DNA of 64,000 nucleotides from the NCBI GenBank assembly GCA_050248915.1, contig JBFWRL010000005.1, positions 10,470 through 74,469 on the forward strand. The letters run 5' to 3'. The position numbers and the translations under genes are program-made. Each line of letters begins with the position of its first letter. The stretch's first letter is position 1. The notes under the pieces are model-generated. The model was not told where the DNA came from. It did no database searches and was given only the letters and a program-made list of their open reading frames with translations. This DNA is from Candidatus Sericytochromatia bacterium (GTDB taxonomy: Bacteria; Cyanobacteriota; Sericytochromatia; UBA7694). Of the stretch, positions 51,283 through 61,322 are shown in pieces.

Positions 51283-52290
51283 TTAAAAATCTTCATCTAA
51301 ACTAAAGACATTGTCATCTTTTTGACTGCTAACCGTATTCATCACACCCGACTTTTGGTATTCAGAGACCCGTTTTTCAAAGAAATTGGTTTTTCCTTGC
51401 AAAGAGATCATCTCCATAAAATCAAAGGGATTGGTCACATTGTAAAGTTTGTTGCAGCCCAAAGAAACCAAGAGCCGATCCGCCACAAACTCAATATATT
51501 GGCTCATCATATTGGCATTCATACCAATCAATTTCACCGGCAATGCATCAGTCACAAATTCTTGCTCAATCGCGACAGCCTCCGAGATAATGGCGGTGAC
51601 TTGTTCTGACGAAAGTTTGTGCTCCAATTGAGAATAAAGCAGACAGGCAAAATCCGTGTGCATGCCCTCATCACGGGAGATCAATTCATTTGAAAAACTC
51701 AAACCGGGCATCAGGCCACGCTTTTTCAACCAAAAAATCGAACAAAAGCTGCCTGAAAAGAAAATGCCTTCAACAGCGGCAAAAGCAATCAAACGCTCAG
51801 CAAAAGAACCCCGTTCAATCCAACGCAAAGCCCAATCTGCTTTGCGCATCACACAGGGCAGAGTCTCGATCGCGTGAAAGAGATGGTTTTTTTCATTGAC
51901 GTCTTTAATATACGTATCGATCAAAAGGGAATAGGTTTCCGAATGAATATTTTCCATCATGATCTGAAAACCGTAAAAGCACCGGGCCTCAGGATATTGC
52001 ACTTCACGCATGAAGTTGACCGCTAGGTTTTCATTGACAATTCCGTCACTGGCAGCAAAGAAAGCCAGCACATGTTTGACAAAGTGCCGTTCATCGTCAT
52101 TGAGACGGTATTCCCAATCCTGCTGATCACTGGAAAGATCGATTTCTTCGGTGGTCCAGAAACTGGCCTCGGCTTTTTTGTACATCTCCCAAATTTCGCG
52201 GTGTTTAATTGGGAAAAGCACGAAGCGCTGTTTGTTTTCTGAGAGAATGGGTTCTTGCATCTTTTTGGTATCGCTGGTAAGCATCAACAT
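51283..52290 (-). CDS. nrdB: Class Ia ribonucleotide reductase beta subunit
   Basis: [26 protein letters not shown] and TNFFE. The start may be 52260. Confidence 0.97.
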   Translation of the reverse strand: MLMLTSDTKKMQEPILSENKQRFVLFPIKHREIWEMYKKAEASFWTTEEIDLSSDQQDWEYRLNDDERHFVKHVLAFFAASDGIVNENLAVNFMREVQYPEARCFYGFQIMMENIHSETYSLLIDTYIKDVNEKNHLFHAIETLPCVMRKADWALRWIERGSFAERLIAFAAVEGIFFSGSFCSIFWLKKRGLMPGLSFSNELISRDEGMHTDFACLLYSQLEHKLSSEQVTAIISEAVAIEQEFVTDALPVKLIGMNANMMSQYIEFVADRLLVSLGCNKLYNVTNPFDFMEMISLQGKTNFFEKRVSEYQKSGVMNTVSSQKDDNVFSLDEDF

Positions 52291-52375
52291 CTGTCGTTTC
52301 TATATCCTGTCTTGCGTTTGAGGTGTGATCAATGGGTTTGCGGCAGACTGGAAGTGGTGATTTGGGGCATTTTCG

Positions 52376-52401
52376 ATGCCTGTTCCAATTGTAACAGGCA
52401 T
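52376..52401. promoter_or_regulatory. 26-bp near-perfect palindrome upstream of nrdB
   Basis: ATGCCTGTTcCAATTGtAACAGGCAT, with one mismatched pair. Confidence 0.5.
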
Positions 52402-52888
52402 TACACACCGAGTCATACCGGGTAAATCTTAAGTTTTGTCAACCGTCCAAGGGGGGGGGCCTCAGCCCCAAAACAAAGCATGGAAGTGGCTGAATCGCTT
52501 CCATTTTCGCCCCAAAACCATGCAGCCCACTCATAAAATAGCTCCTTGAAGACATTGAAAAAGGGACAAAAAAAGCCATTTTTCTATATTCTGGCAATTA
52601 CAGCCGTCGTTCCAGCCGCATCGCAACCCTGTATGTCATGCTTCATTTTAGCGTATGCCCACAGAAGTAGCAATCACTGATTTTAAATACAAAAAAGAAA
52701 TAAATAAACAAAATTCGACATATATTAAATATTAAATGTATCAATCTATTTTTTAGATTAATTTTCTTTGCTTAATTTCAATAGAAAGCGTATAAAAAAC
52801 ACAATTAAAGGAGCAATTGGCCTTTTGCTGGCAGAACGCAACAAACCCAAGGAAAGGGGCGGGGATGGTTTTTTTTGATCATTTCTGA

Positions 52889-53686
52889 TCATTTCTCCGA
52901 ATCTGCAGTCACCACAGCGTTTGGTTCAGATTGCGTATACAGGGTCTCATTCTGAGGCGGTTTTTTACGCATTTTTTCAGCAAGTCCCATCAAACCCAAC
53001 CCCAGTTCAAACAGAAAGATCAAGGTTCCCCCCAAAAGGGACTGGGTCAACATATCCACAGAAGGGGTGATCACAGCGGCAACCACAAAACTACCAAAAT
53101 AAACCATTCTACGCTGGGCCTTGAGTTGGGCCTGCTGCACTACTCCCAACATGGCCAAAAGCAACATCAGGATGGGAACTTGAAAAAGCAGCCCTGTGCC
53201 AAAAAGCAAGGTACTGGCAAAATCAATATAACGGCCAATCGACAACATGGGCTGAATGCCCGGCGGCGTAAAACCAATCAGAAAACGCACCCCCAGCGGC
53301 AAGAGCGTGAAATAGGCAAACGATACCCCCAAAACAAACAGCCCATAGCTGGCCATTAAGACAGGAATCAATAAGAAACGCTGGGCACGGGTAAAGGCTG
53401 GCCCAATAAACCAGAAGATTTCACGCAATATAATTGGCATAGCCACAAACAACCCCATCAGAATGGAGAGACGCAAAACAGCACTTAAGCCTTCTGCTGG
53501 AGCAACAATCACAAAATTAACCCCTGGTACTTGGGCCATCAGGGTTTTGAGGAACCAACTGTGATAATAAAACCCCGCCCCTGCGCCCAAAATAATGGCA
53601 AAGACAGAAATGACCAAAGCCCGACGCAATTCAGAAAGATGGTCAACAAAGCTCATTTCACGCAGTTCATTGGGCGGGACAGACAT
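52889..53686 (-). CDS. tatC: Twin-arginine translocase subunit TatC
   Basis: MSFVDHLSELR, FIGPA, FAYF, FQVP, AAVITP.D and LFE. Confidence 0.95.
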   Translation of the reverse strand: MSVPPNELREMSFVDHLSELRRALVISVFAIILGAGAGFYYHSWFLKTLMAQVPGVNFVIVAPAEGLSAVLRLSILMGLFVAMPIILREIFWFIGPAFTRAQRFLLIPVLMASYGLFVLGVSFAYFTLLPLGVRFLIGFTPPGIQPMLSIGRYIDFASTLLFGTGLLFQVPILMLLLAMLGVVQQAQLKAQRRMVYFGSFVVAAVITPSVDMLTQSLLGGTLIFLFELGLGLMGLAEKMRKKPPQNETLYTQSEPNAVVTADSEK

Positions 53687-53688
53687 GT

Positions 53689-54450
53689 TTAAAGACCCTC
53701 CTGAGGGTGTTGACGGACATATTCATGTAACAACATGGCCGCCGCCGTGACCACGTTCAGCGATTCAACACGAGAGGCAATCGGAATCCGCAAACTGAGA
53801 TCAGCCAGATTTACAAGTTCCAAAGGTAGGCCAGGGCCCTCGCTGCCAAGCAGTAATGCTGTTTTATCCGGAAAGGCAAAGGTCAAACTCGAATCCTGCC
53901 CCTGGGCCGCCGTGGCAACCAAGGTCCAGCCTGTCGCTTTAAGCTGATATAAGGCCTCTGTCGTCGCAAAAACACGTACCGGCATACGCAAGACCGAGCC
54001 CATCGCCCCCCTCACAACTTTGGGATGATAGGGGTCCACGCCCTCCCCCACAACCCAAACGCCCGCGACATTCATGGCATCTGCCAAACGCAGCAAGGCA
54101 CCAAAATTGCCGGGGTCTTGCAGTGGGGCCGTGATCAACAAGCAAGATCGGGCCGAGGGCAAAGGCAAAATGGGTTTTTGTCGTGCCACAGCCAAAAGGG
54201 TTGGGGGTGAGCCCAAGGTTGTCAGATGAGCCATCAATTCGGCATTGACTTCTAAGGCCTCGGTCTCAGCAGGAAGAGCCGGAAAAGCGCCGGAACCCAC
54301 CACCTGAAGAAGCGGCCAGCCAATTTGCAGGGCTTCCCGGACCAAGTTTTCACCCTCGATCAAAAAAAGTTGATGCTGATCACGCAGCTTTTTTTGGTGT
54401 AAGCTACGTATAAATTTAATTTTGGCATTTGAACGACTAGAGAGATACAT
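53689..54450 (-). CDS. TrmH/SpoU family RNA 2'-O-methyltransferase
   Basis: S..N..IK, FLIEG, QDPGN.G...R, GSEGPG and ESLNV. Confidence 0.93.
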   Translation of the reverse strand: MYLSSRSNAKIKFIRSLHQKKLRDQHQLFLIEGENLVREALQIGWPLLQVVGSGAFPALPAETEALEVNAELMAHLTTLGSPPTLLAVARQKPILPLPSARSCLLITAPLQDPGNFGALLRLADAMNVAGVWVVGEGVDPYHPKVVRGAMGSVLRMPVRVFATTEALYQLKATGWTLVATAAQGQDSSLTFAFPDKTALLLGSEGPGLPLELVNLADLSLRIPIASRVESLNVVTAAAMLLHEYVRQHPQEGL

Positions 54451-54486
54451 TGTGCTGTATTGTACCTTAAGGCCAGAGGGCTGACG

Positions 54487-56478
54487 ATGCGTTTTATCGG
54501 AAGCATACTCCTTCCCATCAGTCTCTTGGGACTGCTTTTTTGGCTGGGCATGCACCTGTTTTTTTTGCGTTTGGGGCAGCCGGTTCTCTTAACCGCCCTA
54601 TTGGTTGTGCCCCTATTGGCAGTTTTGGCTTATCGCCTGCACAGATGGCAAAAACACGCCCTGGAAAATTGGATCTCCCCTGTCCTCTGGTCTCGCCTCA
54701 ATTTGCAACCTCAAAGATCTGTGCGGATCTTGCCCATCTTATTGCAATTGATGGCCTTGTTTTTTTTGGTGATCGCACTGGCTCGCCCCCAAGGGCCGCC
54801 CATTTTGGCAGAGAGCAGCGAACAGGGCGTGGATATCCTCATGGCTTTGGACATCTCAGACAGCAGCAAAGCCACAGATCTCTACCCAAATCGCTTGGAA
54901 GCGGCCAAACAAATGATCCGCATTCTGCTCTCACGCCTCACATCGGATCGGGTCGGCTTGGCTGTTTTTTCAGGAGAGGCCTTATCAATTGTACCTTTTA
55001 CGCATGATTACGGCGCCTTAGATACCCTGTTGACAGATATTGACGCCAGCATGTTGCCATCACGGGGTACCAATATTCCTGCCTTGGTCGAATTGGCCAA
55101 GGAACGATTTGCAAAACAACCCGAAGGGGGACACATCTTAATTATTTTCAGCGATGGTGAAAACCACGAGGGTGATGCTGTCGCCGCAATCAAACAACTC
55201 AAATCAGCGCAAACCCGAGTTTTCACAGTTGGTATCGGCACTTCCGCCGGAGCCAGAATCCCAGAAGAAAACGATGACTGGAATTCTTTGGGCTATAAAC
55301 AATACCAGGGGCAAGCGGTAGTGAGCCGTTTAAATGAAAGCACCTTAAAAAGCATGGCTCAAGCCGGTGGCGGGTCTTATACCTACGTCGAAAAACCCCT
55401 CAAACTCTTGCGAGAGGTAGAGCGGGTGCGCCATGAATTACCCGCAGGCCAAAGCAGCCAAACAGCTCTGCACAGCTATGAAGAGCGATTTCAATGGTAT
55501 TTATTGTGGGTTCTGTTCTTATTGGGATTGGAACAGACCTTCGGAGTATGGCAAAATAGCTGGGAAAAGCTCAAAAACAGTGTCGTCGAAAAGGGGCAAC
55601 GTCTCAGCATGAAAAACCGCTCTTTCCCCAGATTACTCAGATTTGTTTTGCGCCAGACCCTTATTTTGGGGCTCGCGGGGCTTTTGCAAAGTGCCTGGGT
55701 ATGGCCCTGGACCCCATTTTTTAAGCAACAGGAAGCAGAAAAAGCCTATCAAGCAAAACAATATCCCCAAAGCTTAGAGAAATTAGAGCAGGGAATTGAA
55801 GCTGCTCCCCAAGAAGCCCGCTTGCACTATAACAAAGGCAATGCCCTCTACCAAAGCCAAAAATACAGCCAGGCAGCAGAGGCCTATCGTCAGGCCCTCA
55901 CCCTCGAAGGCAATCCCAATGAACAGGCCCAAACTTGGTACAATCTGGGCAATAGCTATTTTCGTCAAGGCAGCCAAAGTACACAGGGAGGGCAACCGAG
56001 TTCACCCGAAGAGGCCTGGAAACAGGCCTTGGATGCCTATCAAAAAGCCCTAGAAATCAGCCCCGAAGACCAACAGGCCAAAGAAAACAGAGACTATGTC
56101 CAAGCACAATTAAAAGCCCTGCAAGAACAAAAATCGCAAAACAGCCCAGCAGAAAAAAAGCCCAACCCACAATCCAAGCCTCAGGAAAAACCGGGTTCAA
56201 ATAAAGGGCAATCACCCCCACCCCAAAATCAGAACAGCCAACCCCAAAATCAGGGGCAAGCCCAACAAGCAGAGCCCCAAAACCGTTTCACTGACCAAGA
56301 AATTCAAAACTTTTTGGAGTCGCTTGAAGAGAGCGAAAAAGACAATCGTGCCAATCGCTATTTTCAGCGTAGCCCTCAACACAATCAAAAGCTGAGTCCT
56401 GAAGATCTGATGACAAAACCGCTGGACGAGTTGGAAAAAAACTTCAACGCCACCCAAAGCAATCAGAAAGACTGGTAA
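54487..56478 (+). CDS. VWA-TPR membrane protein (BatB-BatC-like fusion)
   Basis: ALARPQ, MIDAS DISDS, PNRL, SDGE.H, LNE.TL and ERFQW; then TPRs YNKGN/YNLGN and a Q-rich tail ending KDW. Start 54487 or 54550. Confidence 0.85.
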   Translation: MRFIGSILLPISLLGLLFWLGMHLFFLRLGQPVLLTALLVVPLLAVLAYRLHRWQKHALENWISPVLWSRLNLQPQRSVRILPILLQLMALFFLVIALARPQGPPILAESSEQGVDILMALDISDSSKATDLYPNRLEAAKQMIRILLSRLTSDRVGLAVFSGEALSIVPFTHDYGALDTLLTDIDASMLPSRGTNIPALVELAKERFAKQPEGGHILIIFSDGENHEGDAVAAIKQLKSAQTRVFTVGIGTSAGARIPEENDDWNSLGYKQYQGQAVVSRLNESTLKSMAQAGGGSYTYVEKPLKLLREVERVRHELPAGQSSQTALHSYEERFQWYLLWVLFLLGLEQTFGVWQNSWEKLKNSVVEKGQRLSMKNRSFPRLLRFVLRQTLILGLAGLLQSAWVWPWTPFFKQQEAEKAYQAKQYPQSLEKLEQGIEAAPQEARLHYNKGNALYQSQKYSQAAEAYRQALTLEGNPNEQAQTWYNLGNSYFRQGSQSTQGGQPSSPEEAWKQALDAYQKALEISPEDQQAKENRDYVQAQLKALQEQKSQNSPAEKKPNPQSKPQEKPGSNKGQSPPPQNQNSQPQNQGQAQQAEPQNRFTDQEIQNFLESLEESEKDNRANRYFQRSPQHNQKLSPEDLMTKPLDELEKNFNATQSNQKDW

Positions 56479-56493
56479 GAAAGGCCTTTAACC

Positions 56494-57279
56494 ATGACAG
56501 ACGCCCTCATCACCTATTCCCTCCGCGGACAAGCGGCTTGGCTGACCCTGAATCGCCCCCAACGCCACAATGCACTGAGCATCCCCCTACTGACAGACTT
56601 GGTTCAATTGCTTCAACAAGCCCAAGCTGATCCCGAGGCTCGGGCAGTAGTAATTACGGGTGCTGGGGACAGAGCCTTTTGTGCAGGTGCAGATATTGAT
56701 AGTTTTTATAACGAGAGCCAAGCATCTGTCGATGAACACGCCTTTCGCGAGAAACTCTTGGCATTGTTTGAACTGCTCATGCAACTGGGCAAACCTACCT
56801 TGGCCCGAGTCAATGGCTATGCCCTCGGTGGTGGATTCGGTCTGGCCATGGCCTGTGATTTGGTCATTGCCACTGAAAATGCCGTATTTGGCACACCCGA
56901 AATCCAAATTGGTCTCTTCCCAATGATGATCATGCCTGCGCTTTTTCGCAATACCCCCCGGAAAAAATTGCTTGAGATGATGTTTACGGGCGACAAAATT
57001 AGTGCTGCTGAAGCAGAAGACCTGGGAATGATCAATTATGCCGTCCCCAGCAACACGCTCGACGAAAAAGTCACCGAACTTTTGAGCAAAATAACGTCCA
57101 AAAGCAGCAAAAGCCTGGAGTTGGGGCGAGAAGCATTTTACACCATGTCTGAAATGGATATCCATCAGGCTCTGCCCTATTTAAAAGAGATGTTGTCAAA
57201 GAATTTACATACCCGCGATGCCCGCGAAGGATTACAGGCTTTTCTAGAAAAGCGCCCCCCCCTCTGGCTAGATGCCTGA
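56494..57279 (+). CDS. Enoyl-CoA hydratase/isomerase family protein
   Basis: LNRP..NAL, FCAGAD, GGGFGL, PEIQIG and EG..AFLEKR.P.W. Confidence 0.93.
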   Translation: MTDALITYSLRGQAAWLTLNRPQRHNALSIPLLTDLVQLLQQAQADPEARAVVITGAGDRAFCAGADIDSFYNESQASVDEHAFREKLLALFELLMQLGKPTLARVNGYALGGGFGLAMACDLVIATENAVFGTPEIQIGLFPMMIMPALFRNTPRKKLLEMMFTGDKISAAEAEDLGMINYAVPSNTLDEKVTELLSKITSKSSKSLELGREAFYTMSEMDIHQALPYLKEMLSKNLHTRDAREGLQAFLEKRPPLWLDA

Positions 57280-57339
57280 TCCACGTCTGATATACTATAA
57301 AAAGAACCCATCTATCTGATACAAAGGCAAGGGCTCATT

Positions 57340-58941
57340 ATGGCAAAGCAGGAACGTCCGCCACGCTCTCTCCGCGGTGAGGATTCAGGGCCACGCTACT
57401 ACCGCGATTGGGCCGCCGCAGATGCGGTTATTTCTCAGGGAGATTATGAGCTCGGTGAAGATTCCTGGGAAGAGGAAGAGGCGCCCCTGCAAGCCCAAGA
57501 AATGCATATGCTGGACAATCTGAACGAGCCAGAACCCAAACAGGGAAGTGGCCGTCCGGGGCCCGTCTATGCAGATTTGGCCCCACTGTCGGTGATTACC
57601 CCCACCGAAGAACCCCGCCCCTCAAGCCCAACTGAAGCAGAAAACAAACCCAAAGTTCAAATTACCCGTGTCAATCGCCCCAGTATTCAACGTGCCCGCC
57701 GCTACAATGAGCTGCAGGCAGAAGAAGACAAAAAACAACGGGAAGCAGCTTCAGAAGCAGCCCGCAAGCAAGTCGAAACACCGCCAGAAATGCCCTCTCG
57801 CACCCGCGGTCTCGCCGCAGGCTCGGGTCGAACAACCGAACTCAAAAGCAATATCAAAGAAATTTCTGAGAAGATTGACGAAACCGCTGAAAATGTAAAA
57901 TCAACAGCCGACTCGATTACCCAAAACATTCGCGATATGGGAGACAAGCTGTCTGCCTCGGTCGTGGATGGCGTCAAAAAAGTCAGTAACCGCATGGTCG
58001 GATTGATCAACCGCTGGGGTAAAAAATCCGAGTCAGCAGCACGAGAAAATGACGAAGACTTTGAAGACGAACCCTTGCCAGCCCAATCCGAGAAAATGCC
58101 CATCTCCCCTGCAGCACAATCAAATGCTGCGACAACCGCCTTCGGCGAGAAAAGCAATGCAATCCCCAATATGCTGGATCAGGTCCCCACAGTACCGCCA
58201 TTGCCGATCGGAGCCCTCTTAAAAGAGGGATTGCAATTTGTGACCTTTGACAAAAAACCCCTGCCCTCAGAAGGCAGCCAAAACGAGACAGAATTAAAAA
58301 ACCGTTTTTTAAGCGAAGCAATGGCCGATGTGCGCAACTGTATTAAATTGGTGAGAAAGTTACCAGATCCCAAAGAGGGACCGTATAAAGGCATTCCCGT
58401 GGCCTATTTGTTTCAACACGTCCGCGAACAGGACATCTATTTCTTTTTGCACTATGTGCAGGCTCATCCTGCAGCCTTTAAAGACAAAGAATTTAAATTT
58501 GCGGAGGCCTTCGCAAGTTGGGTGCTCAAGCGCGCACACAAAACAGTGATCGCAGATCCCTTCCCAGAAGTATTGCCCGTGGCCTATTTTCCACTTTACA
58601 AACAAAATATCCGTTTCCTCACCCTGGCGAAAAAATCCATGGTGCTAGCAACGGGCAAGTCCCAAGAAGAGGTGAATCAACTCTTTGTGGAGGCGGCCAT
58701 CGCTGATGTCAAAGCCTGTGTGGAGTTTGTCGCACAGTTCCCCCCCCCCGAACAGGGGCCTTATAAAGGCCGCCCTATGCGCCAAATCTTTCGAAATATC
58801 AGCGAAAGAGACATCTATTTCTTTTTGCACTACGTGCAAAGCCAACCCGAAATCTTTCAAAACCAAAACTTTAAATTCTCAGAAGCGTTTGCCAGTTGGC
58901 TGCTCAAACGCTCCCATGAAACCCAATTGCCTTTGGCTTAA
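57340..58941 (+). CDS. Hypothetical protein: disordered N-terminal half plus two tandem 126-aa domains
   Basis: GPYKG...DIYFFLHYVQ..P..F....FKF.EAFASW.LKR.H.T occurs twice, 378 bp apart. Confidence 0.82.
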   Translation: MAKQERPPRSLRGEDSGPRYYRDWAAADAVISQGDYELGEDSWEEEEAPLQAQEMHMLDNLNEPEPKQGSGRPGPVYADLAPLSVITPTEEPRPSSPTEAENKPKVQITRVNRPSIQRARRYNELQAEEDKKQREAASEAARKQVETPPEMPSRTRGLAAGSGRTTELKSNIKEISEKIDETAENVKSTADSITQNIRDMGDKLSASVVDGVKKVSNRMVGLINRWGKKSESAARENDEDFEDEPLPAQSEKMPISPAAQSNAATTAFGEKSNAIPNMLDQVPTVPPLPIGALLKEGLQFVTFDKKPLPSEGSQNETELKNRFLSEAMADVRNCIKLVRKLPDPKEGPYKGIPVAYLFQHVREQDIYFFLHYVQAHPAAFKDKEFKFAEAFASWVLKRAHKTVIADPFPEVLPVAYFPLYKQNIRFLTLAKKSMVLATGKSQEEVNQLFVEAAIADVKACVEFVAQFPPPEQGPYKGRPMRQIFRNISERDIYFFLHYVQSQPEIFQNQNFKFSEAFASWLLKRSHETQLPLA

Positions 58942-58960
58942 ACAGTCAAAATGATGACCG

Positions 58961-59074
58961 TTACTCGCCTTTGGCTTTGCCTATTTTGGTCAAGAAAGTA
59001 GAGCCGCCAGCCATGGCGATTAAAATTAAGGTAATAACAGTGGCTACAACAAACGTGCTTTCAGGGGTTCCCAT
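58961..59074 (-). CDS. Small single-TM protein (37 aa), PetM-like; absent from the ORF track
   Basis: GGAG SD and ATG; translates to MGTPESTFVVATVITLILIAMAGGSTFLTKIGKAKGE; fills the intergenic gap. Confidence 0.6.
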   Translation of the reverse strand: MGTPESTFVVATVITLILIAMAGGSTFLTKIGKAKGE

Positions 59075-59246
59075 ACAACTTGTCTCCGTTTAAATGCATT
59101 CATTAATCTGAAAGTATATAATATGTATTTTACAGGATCTCCCTCGGAAGCAATACTATTCCGTTGAACACAATTAAAGAATGATTAAATGATTGTGATT
59201 AAAGATAGATCTAAAGTTTTATAACATAACGAGTAAAGGAGGGCGC

Positions 59247-60029
59247 ATGAACACAGTCAATATTGATGATGTAAAAGAATTTTGGAACAAGAACCCCCTA
59301 TGTGCAGCAAACATTCCCCATCCTTTGGGAAGTCGTGATTTTTTCATTCATTTTGACAAAATGAGAGAAGAAATAGAGCCACTAGAATACAGCTATGAAT
59401 TACATGAATATACTCAATTTAAAGGAAAAAAAGTACTAGATATCGGGTGTGGAAATGGGTACGTACTTTCAAAATATGCGCAAGAAGGGGCAAATGTAAC
59501 AGGTATTGACATTACAGAAACAGCAATAGATTTATGTAAAAAAAGATTCGATTTTATGAATTTAAATGGCGTTTTTCAAGTTGAAAATGCGGAATCACTA
59601 CCTTTTGAGGATAATACATTCGATTGTGTTTGTTCTATGGGTGTTTTACATCACACACCAAATCCAACAAAAGCAATCGAAGAAATTTATCGAATACTGA
59701 AACCAAATGGCCGATTAATTGTAATGTTTTACCATAAAAACTCTTTCTACTACCGTTGGAAATTAAGACTACTTTCTATTATGACCAAAAAATCATTATC
59801 TCAACTTGTAAATGAGTTTGATGGACCAGCAAATCCAAAAGGTGATATTTTTTCAAGCAAAGAACTCAAAATCATGTTCTCAAAGTTTAAACACAAACAA
59901 ACATTTACCGGTTTTTTAACACCAGACATGGTTTTACCAAAATTAGGCAAACATATTTTACCCACAATGCTTTTAAAATATCTTGAAAAGAAATTTGGCT
60001 GGAATCTGTACTTAAAAGCATTTAAATAA
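59247..60029 (+). CDS. Class I SAM-dependent methyltransferase
   Basis: AAGGAGG SD; VLDIGCGNG, GIDIT, LPF.DNTFD, GVLHH and LKPNG. Confidence 0.92.
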   Translation: MNTVNIDDVKEFWNKNPLCAANIPHPLGSRDFFIHFDKMREEIEPLEYSYELHEYTQFKGKKVLDIGCGNGYVLSKYAQEGANVTGIDITETAIDLCKKRFDFMNLNGVFQVENAESLPFEDNTFDCVCSMGVLHHTPNPTKAIEEIYRILKPNGRLIVMFYHKNSFYYRWKLRLLSIMTKKSLSQLVNEFDGPANPKGDIFSSKELKIMFSKFKHKQTFTGFLTPDMVLPKLGKHILPTMLLKYLEKKFGWNLYLKAFK

Positions 60030-60062
60030 ATTTGCAACAAAAAAAAAGAAGCATCGGCACCT

Positions 60063-61301
60063 GTGAAAACATTGGTTATTTATGCAAATACGACGCCGAA
60101 ACTACGCAGTACACAAAGAGAGCATCTCTACTGCTTCAAAAAATATAGTTCGGCCCAAACTTACTATCTCAATATACATTTTCATCCACCAGTGCCTCAA
60201 ATAATCAATGAACAAAACTTTGGCTTAATCATCATTCATACAACATTCATAGCAACACACTGGAGTAGTCGAGAAACACTCCTCAAATATATAACTCAAC
60301 TTGAATTTATCGCCTCTTTGCCTGCAGTCAAAATTGCCCTTCCACAAGATGAATATATCAATACGGATCTTGTCAGTGAATGTATTCAACGCCTGGGAAT
60401 ACAAATTGTCTATTCTGTGTCACCTCCATCTGAATGGAAAAAAATTTATCAAGGTGTTGATTTTGAATCAGTTCAATTTAAACAAGTACTGACAGGCTAC
60501 CTCAATCCACAAATTGTAGAAAGAATTAATAAATTACACCCAGAGAAAAATAATCGACAGATAGATATTGGCTACCGAGCTCGCAATATTCCCTTTTCAT
60601 TGGGTCGCCAAGGTCAAATTAAAAATGCCATTGGCAGAGTATTTGCATCTTATCAACCCGAACTTGGCCTAATAAAAAATATTTCCAACAAAGAAGAAGA
60701 CACACTATTGGAGTTTGATTGGTATAAATTTCTTCTAAATTGTAAATATGTGCTTGGCGTTGAGGGAGGGGCATCTGTTCTTGATAAAGATGGAAGCATA
60801 ATGAAAAACACTGAAGACTACATTAAAGAAAGGAAAAAAGAAAAAATAGAAATAGGTTATCAAGAAGCTGAAAGTCTATTTTTTCCAAACAGAGATGGTG
60901 AGATAAATATTGTAGCACTGTCTCCCCGCCATTTAGAAGCCTGTTTGACCAGAACTTGCCAAGTGTTAATAGAGGGCAATTATAATAATATTTTAATTGC
61001 GAACAAACATTATATTCCACTAAAATCAGACTTTAGTAATCTTAATGAAGTCATGAACTTAATAAAACAAGATCATTTGAGAATAGAAATTACAAACAAT
61101 GCCTATAAAGATATCGTCGAATCCGAATTATACACCTACCCACAATTTGTAAATTTAATTTATGATGAAGCAAAAAAAATAATAAGAAATACCACAAAAA
61201 CAAAAAATACAATTTTTTATGATTTTCAATTCAAAATTATGGCATTAAAATCAAAATTATGGCTTCATATTCGTCATAAAATCAAATCATTTTTTCATTA
61301 A
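60063..61301 (+). CDS. Putative GT-B glycosyltransferase-like protein (paralog A)
   Basis: PQDEY, IDIGYRA, GVEGG, SPRHLEAC and HYI.LKSDFSN; the C-terminus resembles CgeB-type GT domains. Confidence 0.65.
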   Translation: MKTLVIYANTTPKLRSTQREHLYCFKKYSSAQTYYLNIHFHPPVPQIINEQNFGLIIIHTTFIATHWSSRETLLKYITQLEFIASLPAVKIALPQDEYINTDLVSECIQRLGIQIVYSVSPPSEWKKIYQGVDFESVQFKQVLTGYLNPQIVERINKLHPEKNNRQIDIGYRARNIPFSLGRQGQIKNAIGRVFASYQPELGLIKNISNKEEDTLLEFDWYKFLLNCKYVLGVEGGASVLDKDGSIMKNTEDYIKERKKEKIEIGYQEAESLFFPNRDGEINIVALSPRHLEACLTRTCQVLIEGNYNNILIANKHYIPLKSDFSNLNEVMNLIKQDHLRIEITNNAYKDIVESELYTYPQFVNLIYDEAKKIIRNTTKTKNTIFYDFQFKIMALKSKLWLHIRHKIKSFFH

Positions 61302-61322
61302 AGCTGATTTTACACATTGACA

